The position numbers and the translations under genes were made by a program. Below the pieces are notes generated by a model. That model was not told where the DNA came from and made no database searches. It saw nothing but the letters and a program-made list of their open reading frames with translations. Positions 39,951 through 49,399 of a stretch of 64,000 nt of DNA are shown here, piece after piece (positions within the stretch are counted from its first letter, which is position 1; each line of letters starts with the position of its first letter). The stretch is taken from the NCBI GenBank assembly GCA_020439405.1, contig JAGQSS010000001.1, positions 31,189 to 95,188 of the forward strand. Direction: 5' to 3'. The stretch is from Ilumatobacter sp. (GTDB lineage: Bacteria; Actinomycetota; Acidimicrobiia; Acidimicrobiales; Ilumatobacteraceae).

Positions 39951-40313
39951 TTGCGTCATGCGCCGGTGCGCGCCGTCGTCGGCCTCGCCGTCGGCTTCTT
40001 CGCCGCCGGTGCCACCTTCTTCGTCGTCGACCGCTTCGGCACCGGCGACGACGGTGGCACGTCGACGCTGGTGGTGCTCGATCCGATCGACTACGACGGG
40101 TATTGCTCGTCGACCTACGACGGGGCGAAGTCGATGCGGCTCGGCGACGGCGCGAACGACTGGCTCTGCGGCAGCCGGGTCGGCGGCCTCTGGAGTCCGA
40201 CCCCGATCGACCACGACGCGGTCTGCGCGTGGCAGTTCGGCCCCGAGAGCGAGCCGCGTCTGCAACCGGCGGGCACCGCCTTCGATTGGATCTGCGTCGA
40301 GCTGCGAGGTTGA
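39951..40313 (+). CDS. Small membrane-anchored protein with two Cys-pair repeats
   Basis: TM helix followed by IDYDGYC..NDWLC and IDHDAVC..FDWIC. Start is approximate. Confidence 0.68.
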   Translation: MRHAPVRAVVGLAVGFFAAGATFFVVDRFGTGDDGGTSTLVVLDPIDYDGYCSSTYDGAKSMRLGDGANDWLCGSRVGGLWSPTPIDHDAVCAWQFGPESEPRLQPAGTAFDWICVELRG

Positions 40314-40317
40314 CGGC

Positions 40318-41883
40318 TCAGAGCTGACCGTACGCCTCGAGAACCGATCGCACGCTGTCGTCGGCGACCCGCATCGTCGTCGCCGGATCTTGATTCCCGT
40401 CGACTGCGCCCGCTACGCCGATCTCGATCGCGCGGAGGACCTGTGCCATCGAACCCACCTGGATGCCTGTCGCCGCGAAGGTTCCCGGTGTGTCAGCGAC
40501 CTGGTCGTACGCGACACGCAGCTGTGGATGCAGCTGCCATGACTCGACCGTGATCGGGTGCTCGACTGCGGCCGGCGTCGTCGGGACGTAGCCGGTATAC
40601 GCCGCGAGTTCGGCGATGCGTTCGGGTTGCGTCAGCCAGTCGATCAGTTGCCACGAAGCGGACACGCGGTCGTCGTCGACGCCGTCGACCAGCCACAATG
40701 CGCCGCCGCCGGGAGATGCGCCGGGTCCTGGACCCGGGAGTGGGGCGACCCGCACATCGACGTCGCGCAGCAGTTCACTGTCGTCGAGTCGGAAGATGTC
40801 GCCGAGCGACGCCGAGGTGTGCAACGTCAGTCCGGTCGTCTCCGCAGGAGCGACCAGCATGACGAGATCGGTCTGATTGTCGGCGTTGAGGCCAGCCCAC
40901 GCGATCAGGCCCTGCTGCTTCATCTGTCGCATCTCCTCGAGGAGTGCGATGGTGCCGTCGTCGACCAGTTCGATCGTGTCGATCCGTGGGGCTCGCCCGT
41001 TGTCGGGCTCCATCAGGAGCCGGCCTTGTTTCGCCGCCGTTTCGGTCAGGAGCCAGAGCGCCGACTTGTCGTACAAGACCATGCCCGTGTCGACGACACC
41101 GGATTCGTCGAGTGCCCGCGCGGTCTCGAGCAACTCCGCGATCGTTGTCGGGGGATCGTCGGGATCGAGCCCCGCCCGCGTCCAGACGTTGCCGTCGTAC
41201 ATCAGCAGCGGCGTGCTGACGTTGTACGGCGCGGCCCAGAGGGTGCCGTCGTAGGTGTACGTGGTCTCGACGGCAGGAAGGAGGCCCGTGAGGCCGGGGG
41301 GTAGGCCCCCACCGGCGCAGTCCTCGACGGGCAGGAACGCACCGGAGTCGATCTGCTCGCGGACGAGGAGGTTGGTGCCCAACACGACGTCGGGTGGGGT
41401 CCCCTCCGAGGTGAAGACGTCGGCCAAGCCGCCGGCCTCCGTCAGATCGGCCTTGACGACCTCGACCTTGATGCCGGGATGTTGCTCTTCGAAACGCGCA
41501 ACGACGTCGGGGAAGTAGTACTTCGCGACGTCACCCGAGAGCGTGTGGACCAACCTCAGTTCGACGGGGCCCGACGGTTCGATGCCGTCGCCGCAACGTG
41601 GGGCGGGCGGCTCGGTGGTCGGGGTCGTCTCGGTGGTGGTCGCGGCGGTCGTGGTGCGCTCGCGTTCGGTGCCGGCGGGGGTCGAGTCGGCGGTGGCGGC
41701 CGTCGGTTCGGACGCGGGACTCGTGTCGTCCGACGGGCTGTCGACGTCGTCGGACGACGAGTCGTCGCTCGAGCACGCCGCGATCACCAAGCAGCCGACG
41801 ATCAGCGCTGCGAGCGCGCGTCGGGTTCGAGGTGAGGCGTGCCGGTGGTCTCGTGGGGTTCCCGCCCACGGTTGGTGTGGCAT
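40318..41883 (-). CDS. ABC transporter extracellular solute-binding lipoprotein (UgpB-like)
   Basis: Lipobox IAAC, PYNVSTPLLMY, GLDPDDPPTT, GGGALW and TGYVP. Confidence 0.85.
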   Translation of the reverse strand: MPHQPWAGTPRDHRHASPRTRRALAALIVGCLVIAACSSDDSSSDDVDSPSDDTSPASEPTAATADSTPAGTERERTTTAATTTETTPTTEPPAPRCGDGIEPSGPVELRLVHTLSGDVAKYYFPDVVARFEEQHPGIKVEVVKADLTEAGGLADVFTSEGTPPDVVLGTNLLVREQIDSGAFLPVEDCAGGGLPPGLTGLLPAVETTYTYDGTLWAAPYNVSTPLLMYDGNVWTRAGLDPDDPPTTIAELLETARALDESGVVDTGMVLYDKSALWLLTETAAKQGRLLMEPDNGRAPRIDTIELVDDGTIALLEEMRQMKQQGLIAWAGLNADNQTDLVMLVAPAETTGLTLHTSASLGDIFRLDDSELLRDVDVRVAPLPGPGPGASPGGGALWLVDGVDDDRVSASWQLIDWLTQPERIAELAAYTGYVPTTPAAVEHPITVESWQLHPQLRVAYDQVADTPGTFAATGIQVGSMAQVLRAIEIGVAGAVDGNQDPATTMRVADDSVRSVLEAYGQL

Positions 41884-41966
41884 CGCCGCACAGCATGGCG
41901 TGGAAGCCATTCCACCGCAAGTTGACCCACGGATCTACAGCAGTGCTGTCGTCGACGGACGCGACA

Positions 41967-42012
41967 GCGCCCGGCGGTTCGGGTGAGGGGAGGAGCCCGA
42001 ACCGCCGGGCGC
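41967..42012 (-). terminator. Hairpin downstream of trxA
   Basis: Perfect 17-bp inverted repeat GCGCCCGGCGGTTCGGG / CCCGAACCGCCGGGCGC. Confidence 0.65.
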
Positions 42013-42030
42013 AGAACGTGGTGAGGAGGG

Positions 42031-42405
42031 TCAGTTTGCGGCGTCGGCCTCGTCGGCCAACTGCTTGCGGACCTCGTCCATGTCGAGTTCGCGGACCTGG
42101 CGGAGCAGGTCGTCGAGTGCGTTCTTGGGGAGCGCACCAGCCTGGCTGAAGAGCTGGATGCCGTCACGGAAGATCATCAGCGTCGGGATCGACATGATGC
42201 CGAGCGCACCGGCGAGCTGTTGCTCGGCCTCGGTGTCGACCTTGGCGAAGGTCACGTCCGGGTTCTCCTGGGCCGTCTCTTCGAAGATCGGGCCGAACAT
42301 CTTGCACGGGCCGCACCATTCGGCCCAGAAGTCGACGAAGGTGATGCCGTCGCCGGTCACGGTCTCTTCGAACGTGTCCATCGAGAGTGTGGTGGTGGTC
42401 GCCAT
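42031..42405 (-). CDS. trxA: Thioredoxin
   Basis: VDFWAEWCGPCK and SIPTL. Confidence 0.95.
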   Translation of the reverse strand: MATTTTLSMDTFEETVTGDGITFVDFWAEWCGPCKMFGPIFEETAQENPDVTFAKVDTEAEQQLAGALGIMSIPTLMIFRDGIQLFSQAGALPKNALDDLLRQVRELDMDEVRKQLADEADAAN

Positions 42406-42545
42406 GTGGTCGGATTCCTTTCCGTTGCGTGCTGGGTGTCGAGGGGGGTCGACGTTCGTGTGGGCCTCGGAGGGTCAGGCCCTACGGTGAGATGAAACGG
42501 ACTCACCCGTCTCGTTATTCCCCGGCCTCGCGGTACGGTGACGCG

Positions 42546-43559
42546 ATGACGCCGGAAGCAGCACTGCTGCGGGTGATCCACTGCCTCGACCGGGCACTCG
42601 CGTCGCCGTACAAGACGCGGGCGTTCGTGCGAGCGCTCGAGGTCGTCCGCGACACCGATCCGGTCGAACTCGCCGAGCGTGCGCGCGACGGGCGGCTCAC
42701 CGATCTCGACGGCATCGGCGACGCCACCGCCGGCGTCATCACCGAGGCACTGGCCGGCCTCACGCCCTCGTACCTCGCCAAGGTCGAGGCCGAGTCGCAG
42801 ATCGAACTCACCGACGAGGGTCGCCCCTACCGAGACGCGTTGCGGGGCGACTGCCACCTGCACTCGACGTGGAGCGACGGCGGCGCGGCGATCGAGGCCA
42901 TGGCGGCGACCGCCATCGACCTCGGCCATCAGTACATGGTCCTCACCGACCACTCGGCCCGTCTCACCGTCGCCCACGGTTTGAACGAGGAGCGGCTGCG
43001 CCGCCAGCTGGTCGAGATCGACCGTATCAACGACGAGGTCACGGCGGCCGGACACGACTTCCGCATCCTCACCGGCATGGAGGTCGACATCCTCGAGGAC
43101 GGCAGTCTCGACCTCTCCGACGAGCTGTTGGGCGAACTCGACGTGGTCGTCGCGTCGGTCCACTCGAAGCTCAGGATGGACGGTGACGAGATGACCCGAC
43201 GGATGGTGATGGCGGTCGCCAACCCACACGTCGACATCCTCGGACACTGCACCGGGCGCAAGGTCGGCAAGCGTCCCCAGTCGTCCTTCGACGCCGATTA
43301 CGTCTTCGCCGCGTGCGCCCAGTACGGCACCGCCGTCGAGATCAACTGCCGACCGGAGCGCCTCGATCCACCCCGGGAACTGATCGACCTGGCGCTCGAG
43401 TACGGCTGCCACTTCTCCATCGACTCCGACGCGCATGCGACGGGTCAGCTCGAATGGCAGCCCTACGGATGCAATCGGGCGGCCGAGCGCGAGGTGCCGA
43501 TCGAGCGGATCGTCAACACGTGGTCGGCCGACGAGCTGTTGTCCTGGGCCGAGGCGTAG
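42546..43559 (+). CDS. PHP-domain protein with PolX-like N-terminal HhH domain
   Basis: LTDLDGIGDATA (HhH), HLHSTWSDG, TDHS, GMEVDI and DSDAH. Confidence 0.88.
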   Translation: MTPEAALLRVIHCLDRALASPYKTRAFVRALEVVRDTDPVELAERARDGRLTDLDGIGDATAGVITEALAGLTPSYLAKVEAESQIELTDEGRPYRDALRGDCHLHSTWSDGGAAIEAMAATAIDLGHQYMVLTDHSARLTVAHGLNEERLRRQLVEIDRINDEVTAAGHDFRILTGMEVDILEDGSLDLSDELLGELDVVVASVHSKLRMDGDEMTRRMVMAVANPHVDILGHCTGRKVGKRPQSSFDADYVFAACAQYGTAVEINCRPERLDPPRELIDLALEYGCHFSIDSDAHATGQLEWQPYGCNRAAEREVPIERIVNTWSADELLSWAEA

Positions 43560-43562
43560 CCC

Positions 43563-44237
43563 GTGTCCGACGCTCCCGGTCCGCTGATCGCGAGCGGGCG
43601 ATCCGCCGACATCTTCGACGTGGGTGGCGGTCGGGTGCTGCGTCGCGATCGGACCGGTCCGGTCAGCGAGCACGAGATCCTGGCCATCGAGGCGGCGCGT
43701 GCCGGCGGTCTGCCGGTCCCACAGGTGTTCTCGGTCGACGGCGCCGACATCGTGATGGAGCGCATCGACGGGCGGCCGATGATCGCGGAGTTGGAGCGGC
43801 GCCCGTGGGCGGTGCGGCGTCTCGGGCGACAGCTCGGTGAGCTCCACCTGGCGTTGCGGTCGATCGCCGCTCCGGCCGGACTTCGAGGCGAGGGTCCGGT
43901 CCTGTGCCACAACGATCTGCACCCGGGCAACGTGCTCCTGACCGACCACGGTGCGGTCGTGATCGACTGGGAGAGTGCCTCGCGTGGCGAACCCGATCGC
44001 GACGCCGCCCACATGTGGCTCCTCGCCGAGGCGGCCGAGGTCGACGACGTGGCGCCCTGGCTACGTCCGGTCCTCGGCGCGGTCCGCCGCCAGACGGTCG
44101 GGGCGTTCCTCGCCACCACCGGTCGACCGAGCGCCGCCACCGTCGTCGCGGTCGCCGACGCCCGCCTGGTCGATCCCAACATGCGTGAACCCGAACGTGC
44201 CGCCATCCGGGCGTTCGTCGACCGCCACGGAACCTGA
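43563..44237 (+). CDS. Aminoglycoside phosphotransferase (APH)-family kinase
   Basis: CHNDLHPGNV and VIDWE. Confidence 0.85.
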   Translation: MSDAPGPLIASGRSADIFDVGGGRVLRRDRTGPVSEHEILAIEAARAGGLPVPQVFSVDGADIVMERIDGRPMIAELERRPWAVRRLGRQLGELHLALRSIAAPAGLRGEGPVLCHNDLHPGNVLLTDHGAVVIDWESASRGEPDRDAAHMWLLAEAAEVDDVAPWLRPVLGAVRRQTVGAFLATTGRPSAATVVAVADARLVDPNMREPERAAIRAFVDRHGT

Positions 44238-44283
44238 CGTCCCGGGTGGGACTGGGCCGGTTTCTCCGTAGACTCGCATCCCT

Positions 44284-44370
44284 ATGTCGAAGAAGACCAA
44301 GAAGCGTAAGGCTCGCCTGCGTCGCAGCAAGGCGAACCACGGCAAGCGCCCCAACATGGGTCGCGGCTGA
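44284..44370 (+). CDS. 50S ribosomal protein bL37
   Basis: 28 aa, MSKKTKKRKARLRRSKANHGKRPNMGRG. The KANHGKRPN signature matches actinobacterial bL37. TAGACT -10 box at 44269. Confidence 0.9.
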   Translation: MSKKTKKRKARLRRSKANHGKRPNMGRG

Positions 44371-44405
44371 CACGCGTCACCCCACGAATCGAACGATTCC
44401 CTTCG

Positions 44406-44433
44406 ATGCCGCCGGCGGTCGAGCTGGCGGCAT
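44406..44433 (+). terminator. Hairpin after bL37
   Basis: ATGCCGCCGGC-6 nt loop-GCTGGCGGCAT. Confidence 0.5.
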
Positions 44434-44507
44434 TGTCGCGTCCGGACGCCTGACAGCCCGCTGAAATCCTCCGACCCGGGAACCCCGGGGGAGTACCGTG
44501 TCGGCCG

Positions 44508-46517
44508 ATGACCACACCATCGATCCCGACGCCCCGCCACGACGTCGTCGATGACTTCCACGGGATCGCGGTGCCCGACCCGTATCGCTGGCTCGAAGAC
44601 GGCGCGTCCTCCGACACGCAGGGGTGGGTCGACGCCCAGAACCGCACCACCCGCGCCGCGCTCGACGCGATCCCGGCTCGTGCCCAGTGGCACGCCGACC
44701 TGGTCGGGTTCATGGAGCTGCCGGTCGTGATGGCGGTCCAGGTTCGTGGCGACCGGCTGATCCTGCTCGAACGCGAACGCGGGGCGCAGCAGTCGCGTCT
44801 CGTCGTCCGGCCGCTCGACGACCCGGCATCGTCCTGCGTCGTCGTCGCCGACCCGGCCGCCGGCACCGGCGACGCTGCCGCAGCCGTCGACTGGTTCGAC
44901 GCCAGCGACGACGGCGAACTCGTCGCGTACGGGGTGAGCGAGGGCGGCACCGAGAACTCCGTGTTGCACGTCGCACGCTCGACCGACGGCTCCGACCTCG
45001 GCGAACACATCCCGAACTGTCGGGCCGCCAGCATCGCCTGGGACCCCGATGGCACCGGATTCCACTACACGCGGTATCCGGAGGACGACGAGTACCACCG
45101 AACCGTCCACCACCACGTCCTCGGCGCCGACTGGCGCGACGACCCGACGATCTGGGCCGAGCACCCGACCCCCCAGACCTGGCCGAACGTGTCCGCGTCC
45201 GACGACGGTCGCTACCTCCTCGTGGCAGCAATGGTCGGCTGGAGCCGCACCGACCTGCACCTGCTCGACCGGGAGACAGGTGTCTGGACCGCGATCCAGG
45301 TCGGCATCGACGCCGTCACCGACCTGCAGTTCGACGGCGATCGACTGATCGGGACGACGACCCTCGACGCGCCCCGGGGGCGGGTCATCGCGGTCGACCT
45401 CGACGAGGTCGGCAACTGGACGACGCTCGTCGACGAACGCGACGACGTCGTCGACCAACTGGTCCCGACGGCCGACGGATTCCTGCTCGCGACCTCGAAC
45501 ACCGGCATCGGCTCGATCGAACGGCACCACCGCGACGGTGGCGTCGATGTCGTCGAGGGGCTGGGGGTCTCGACGGTGCTGCAGCTCGCCGCCGACCGGA
45601 CGGCCGGGGTCGAGCTCGCGATCGTGACTGGCTTCGACGTCCCGGCAACGATCCATCGGCTCGACGGTGCCACGGCCGTCGAGATCTATCCGAGCCGCGA
45701 CGACGACATCGTGCCCGAGCTCACCGTCACCCACGTCGAGTACCCGTCCGCCGACGGGACGGCGATCGGGCTGTTCCTGATCCACCGCGCCGACCTCGAA
45801 CCCGGGCCCGACACGCCGACGATCCTCAACGGCTACGGCGGCTTCGCCATCACGGAGTCGCCGCTGTGGTCGCCGACGATCGCCAGCTGGTGCACGGCGG
45901 GCGGCCTGTACGCGATCGCCGGCCTGCGTGGCGGCTTCGAGCACGGCGAGGAGTGGCACGCGGCGGGCAAGCGGGCGAACAAGCAGAACGTGTTCGACGA
46001 CTTCCACGCCGCCGCCGACTGGCTCGTCGCCGAGGGCCTCACCACCCGGGAGCGACTCGCCATCGCCGGCGGGTCGAACGGTGGCCTGCTCGTCGGTGCC
46101 GCACTGACCCAGCGCCCCGACCTGTGCCGCGCCGTTTGGTGCGCCGTGCCGTTGCTCGACATGGTGCGGTTCCCGAACTTCCTGATCGCCCGCCTCTGGA
46201 CCGACGAATACGGCGACCCCGACGTCGCCGAGGAGTTCGGCTGGCTCTGGGGGTACTCGCCGTATCACCGGGTCCGTGAGGGAGAGCGCTACCCGGCGGT
46301 GCTGTTCACCACCGCCGAGGGCGACACGCGGGTCGATCCGCTCCACGCCCGCAAGATGGCGGCGGCATTGCAGTTCGCCGCCGCCGACCAGGACGATCGC
46401 CCGATCTTGTTCCACCAGGAGGGGCGCGCCGGCCACGGCGTCGGCAAGCCGGTCGGCAAGCGGGCCGACGAACAGGCCGACGTGCTCGCGTTCTTCTCGT
46501 GGCAACTGGGGCTGTGA
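44508..46517 (+). CDS. Prolyl oligopeptidase (S9A)
   Basis: DPYRWLED, GYGGF, LRGG.E.GEEWH, GGSNGGLL, DTRV and GHG catalytic triad motifs. Confidence 0.95.
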   Translation: MTTPSIPTPRHDVVDDFHGIAVPDPYRWLEDGASSDTQGWVDAQNRTTRAALDAIPARAQWHADLVGFMELPVVMAVQVRGDRLILLERERGAQQSRLVVRPLDDPASSCVVVADPAAGTGDAAAAVDWFDASDDGELVAYGVSEGGTENSVLHVARSTDGSDLGEHIPNCRAASIAWDPDGTGFHYTRYPEDDEYHRTVHHHVLGADWRDDPTIWAEHPTPQTWPNVSASDDGRYLLVAAMVGWSRTDLHLLDRETGVWTAIQVGIDAVTDLQFDGDRLIGTTTLDAPRGRVIAVDLDEVGNWTTLVDERDDVVDQLVPTADGFLLATSNTGIGSIERHHRDGGVDVVEGLGVSTVLQLAADRTAGVELAIVTGFDVPATIHRLDGATAVEIYPSRDDDIVPELTVTHVEYPSADGTAIGLFLIHRADLEPGPDTPTILNGYGGFAITESPLWSPTIASWCTAGGLYAIAGLRGGFEHGEEWHAAGKRANKQNVFDDFHAAADWLVAEGLTTRERLAIAGGSNGGLLVGAALTQRPDLCRAVWCAVPLLDMVRFPNFLIARLWTDEYGDPDVAEEFGWLWGYSPYHRVREGERYPAVLFTTAEGDTRVDPLHARKMAAALQFAAADQDDRPILFHQEGRAGHGVGKPVGKRADEQADVLAFFSWQLGL

Positions 46518-47128
46518 TCCGGCTCGCCACCGTGCAGGTCGGCGCCGACGCCTCGACCTGGGCGGCTCTCGGTTTCACCATCCTCGACGGGCGGTCGGCG
46601 CTCGCGAACGGCGCGCTCGTGTTCGGGTCGCCGCAGCCGGGCATCGGCCCGCTCGCCGTGACCGGTCTCGACGGTGATGTCTCGGTCGACGGGGTGCGGT
46701 TCGAGCCGGGGGAGCCGATGCCGGCCGACCCGCACCCGAACGGAGCTTGCTCGATCGACCACATCGTGATCATGACCGACTCGCTCGACCGGACGTCGGC
46801 CGCCATCGACGCTGGCCTCGGGCTCGAACGGCGCCGCCTGCGCGAGACCGACACGGTTCGCCAAGCGTTCCACCGATTCGACGATCCGGTCGACGCCGGG
46901 TCGGCCACGGGCGAGCGGGGGTGCATCCTCGAACTGGTCGAGAACCCCCGGATGCCGCATCCGGAGGTGTGGGGGCTGGTGGTGATCGTCGACGACCTCG
47001 ATGCACTGCACGAGACGTACCCCGATCTCGTTGCACCGCCGAAACCCGCCGTGCAACCCGGTCGCCGGATCGCCACGGCCCGACGCGAGGCCGACCTCGG
47101 CACCGCCGTTGCCTTCATGACGCCCTGA
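46514..47128 (+). CDS. Glyoxalase/VOC-like protein
   Basis: HPNGACSIDHIVI and LELV; GTGA overlap. Confidence 0.7.
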   Translation: MIRLATVQVGADASTWAALGFTILDGRSALANGALVFGSPQPGIGPLAVTGLDGDVSVDGVRFEPGEPMPADPHPNGACSIDHIVIMTDSLDRTSAAIDAGLGLERRRLRETDTVRQAFHRFDDPVDAGSATGERGCILELVENPRMPHPEVWGLVVIVDDLDALHETYPDLVAPPKPAVQPGRRIATARREADLGTAVAFMTP

Positions 47129-47293
47129 CGACGAGGTCGCCGGGCGACTCCGGGCGGCGCGCCCGAATTCTGTGGAAGCGATCATGACCGCCGCAGTCGT
47201 CATTGCTGCCACAGAATCCTGGGGCGGCGTTTCGGGAAGCTCGGAGGGTCGAATCGGGCTTGTTCGCTTCCACAAAGTGGGATTGCGCCGGGT

Positions 47294-48223
47294 TCAGTCG
47301 TCGTCGGCGGTGAGGTAGGACTGACCTTCGTCGCAGTCGGCGGCGAGCGGGCACCACTTGCACGACACGCCCGGGCGCTTGATCGGCGGCCGACCCTCGA
47401 CCTGCAGTTCGATCTCGGCGTTCACGGCGTCGAGCGTGCGGCGCACCGCCGTCATGAGTGTGCGCTCGGTGACGTCCTCGACCACCGGCTCGCCGGCGTC
47501 GAGGTAGAACGATGCCAGCTTGCGTGGCGGTACCCCGGTGCGCAGCGTCTCGACCAGCGCATAGAACCGCAGGTCTTCGCGGTGCTTCGGTGACACCCAC
47601 CCGGTCTTCAGGTCGATGATGACCTTGCGGCTCTCGGCGCCCGAGGGGCGGCCGATCGCCAGGTCGACCTTGCCGGACAGCACGATCGGTCCCTCGTTCG
47701 GCCATCGCACGGCGGACTCGGTGGTGGGTGCCGCACGCCGGTCGAGCGGCGGGAAGCACTCGGCGAACTTGATCACCTTGTCGACGGCGAATCCGGTGAG
47801 GTCGGCCCGGTCGGCCTCACCGAGCCGCTCGATCCAATCGCCGAGCGACGTGTCGTCGTCGGACAACCGGGCGATCGCCTCGTCGACGAGATCGGCGGGC
47901 ACCGGATCGCCGCGCCAGTTGACGCCCAGCTGGATCGCACGATGCGCCACCTGGCCGCCGGCGACGGCAGGCGACCAGCTGAACTCGTCGGGCTCGACGT
48001 GTTGGACCTCGCAGCCGAGCACGCTCGACACACGATGCTTGCTCAGGAACAACGAGGTCGACCCGAGCCGCTCGTGGAACCCCTCGAACGCCTCGTCGAC
48101 GTCGCGTCGGAGTTCGGCCACGAAGCCCTGGTCGAACACGATCGGGTCGGGAGCGCGGCGGAGCAGCGCCAGCGTCTTGTGTTGCAACGGGGTGAGTTCG
48201 GCGCCGTTGGCCGTGTCGGTCAT
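47294..48223 (-). CDS. PD-(D/E)XK nuclease family protein (AddB/Cas4-like with 4-Cys motif)
   Basis: GCE near the N-terminus, G..AH, E..V, GKVDL, IIDLKTG, DLRFYAL and CKWCPLAADC. Confidence 0.85.
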   Translation of the reverse strand: MTDTANGAELTPLQHKTLALLRRAPDPIVFDQGFVAELRRDVDEAFEGFHERLGSTSLFLSKHRVSSVLGCEVQHVEPDEFSWSPAVAGGQVAHRAIQLGVNWRGDPVPADLVDEAIARLSDDDTSLGDWIERLGEADRADLTGFAVDKVIKFAECFPPLDRRAAPTTESAVRWPNEGPIVLSGKVDLAIGRPSGAESRKVIIDLKTGWVSPKHREDLRFYALVETLRTGVPPRKLASFYLDAGEPVVEDVTERTLMTAVRRTLDAVNAEIELQVEGRPPIKRPGVSCKWCPLAADCDEGQSYLTADDD

Positions 48224-48315
48224 CGCCGTCGAGACTAACGACGGGGTGTCGCGACGTGCGTGAAGGACGCCGTCCGGTGTCGGACGCCGAAACCTCGCGA
48301 CACCCCCGGTTCATC

Positions 48316-48663
48316 ATGGGGACCATGCCCACCGCCGCCGACTTCGCCGCCGCTGCCCGCCTCTTCACCGCCGAGGCGCGTCGACGGGAACTCGTCGGCC
48401 CGAGCTTCCGGTGCCCGCCGCGGCTGGTGGGGGTCGACCGGTCCATCCGCCGCCGAGGCGACGGCGCGATCGTGTCCGTTCGTCTGCGTGGCCGGCCGTG
48501 GGCGGCCGTGCTGGCCGACATGATCGAGGGTGTGGTCGTCGCCAACCGCCTCGATCCGCCGCGCTCCGACCGTCTCCGGACCGAGCTCTGGGAGCTCGCC
48601 GCCCGCATCCTCGAAACGCCCAGCGTGGGCCCGGTTTCCGAGGCCGAACGTCGGGTCGCCTGA
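48316..48663 (+). CDS. Hypothetical protein
   Basis: Plausible ORF (PSFRCPPR..VDRSIRR, AVLADMIEGVVVAN) divergent from the nuclease. Start uncertain. Confidence 0.65.
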   Translation: MGTMPTAADFAAAARLFTAEARRRELVGPSFRCPPRLVGVDRSIRRRGDGAIVSVRLRGRPWAAVLADMIEGVVVANRLDPPRSDRLRTELWELAARILETPSVGPVSEAERRVA

Positions 48664-48750
48664 TCGGTTTCTGCCGAGCGGGGCTCAAGTCACCCGACGT
48701 GGTGACCGATGCACCAGTGCAGGCTTTCGAGATGGAAGGACCCGCTTGCA

Positions 48751-49212
48751 ATGCGATTGAGTGCAGAACCGAACTCGGCGATGGTGGGCAGCGCGAGTTC
48801 GACCACGGGCTACGGGACGGCGACGTCGTCGGGGGCCCCGGTCGAGATCACGGCGAAATCCGTGGCCGGACTCCGGTCCATGCGGCAGGCACTCGAGCGC
48901 GTCCTGACGGCGTCCCGTTGGCTCCGCAGTGAGATCGCCGACGCCCAGCTGGTGTTGGCCGAACTCGCCACCAACGCCTTCACACACGATTGCGCCCCGG
49001 AGTTCTCCGCGGTCGTGACGTGCTCGAACCGACAGCTCGAGATCACCACCTTCCACGCCGGACGCGTTCTGCCGCCGGAGCCACCCGTGGCTCCCGCGAG
49101 CGACGACACGCCCGGCGGACGGGGCCTGATCATCGTCGACCAGATCGTGAACGAACGGCTCGTCTCCAGTCGCGCCGGCGTCACCTCCACATACGTGCGC
49201 CTGACCCGCTGA
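48751..49212 (+). CDS. RsbW-like anti-sigma factor / Ser kinase (HATPase_c_2)
   Basis: QLVLAELATNA and GGRGLIIV. Confidence 0.82.
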   Translation: MRLSAEPNSAMVGSASSTTGYGTATSSGAPVEITAKSVAGLRSMRQALERVLTASRWLRSEIADAQLVLAELATNAFTHDCAPEFSAVVTCSNRQLEITTFHAGRVLPPEPPVAPASDDTPGGRGLIIVDQIVNERLVSSRAGVTSTYVRLTR

Positions 49213-49399
49213 CCCCGGGTTCGCCGGCCCCCGGGCGGCACCGAGCGTGATGCTCGGGACGCCCCGACCACATCCGGCGAATGTGCGGTCAAGGCATCCG
49301 CAAGGTCCACCGAAAGCGGTTTGGCAACCGCTCCAGGTGGGAACAGCGCCGCCACCACGCTCCCGAGCCACCGGGAACCCCGGGCGGAAAGAAGCAGCA

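Noticed and set aside
43563-44237. Aminoglycoside resistance gene
   Set aside because: Only generic APH/choline kinase motifs, in a housekeeping context.
47294-48223. Cas4 / CRISPR system
   Set aside because: No cas1/cas2 and no repeat-spacer array in the window.
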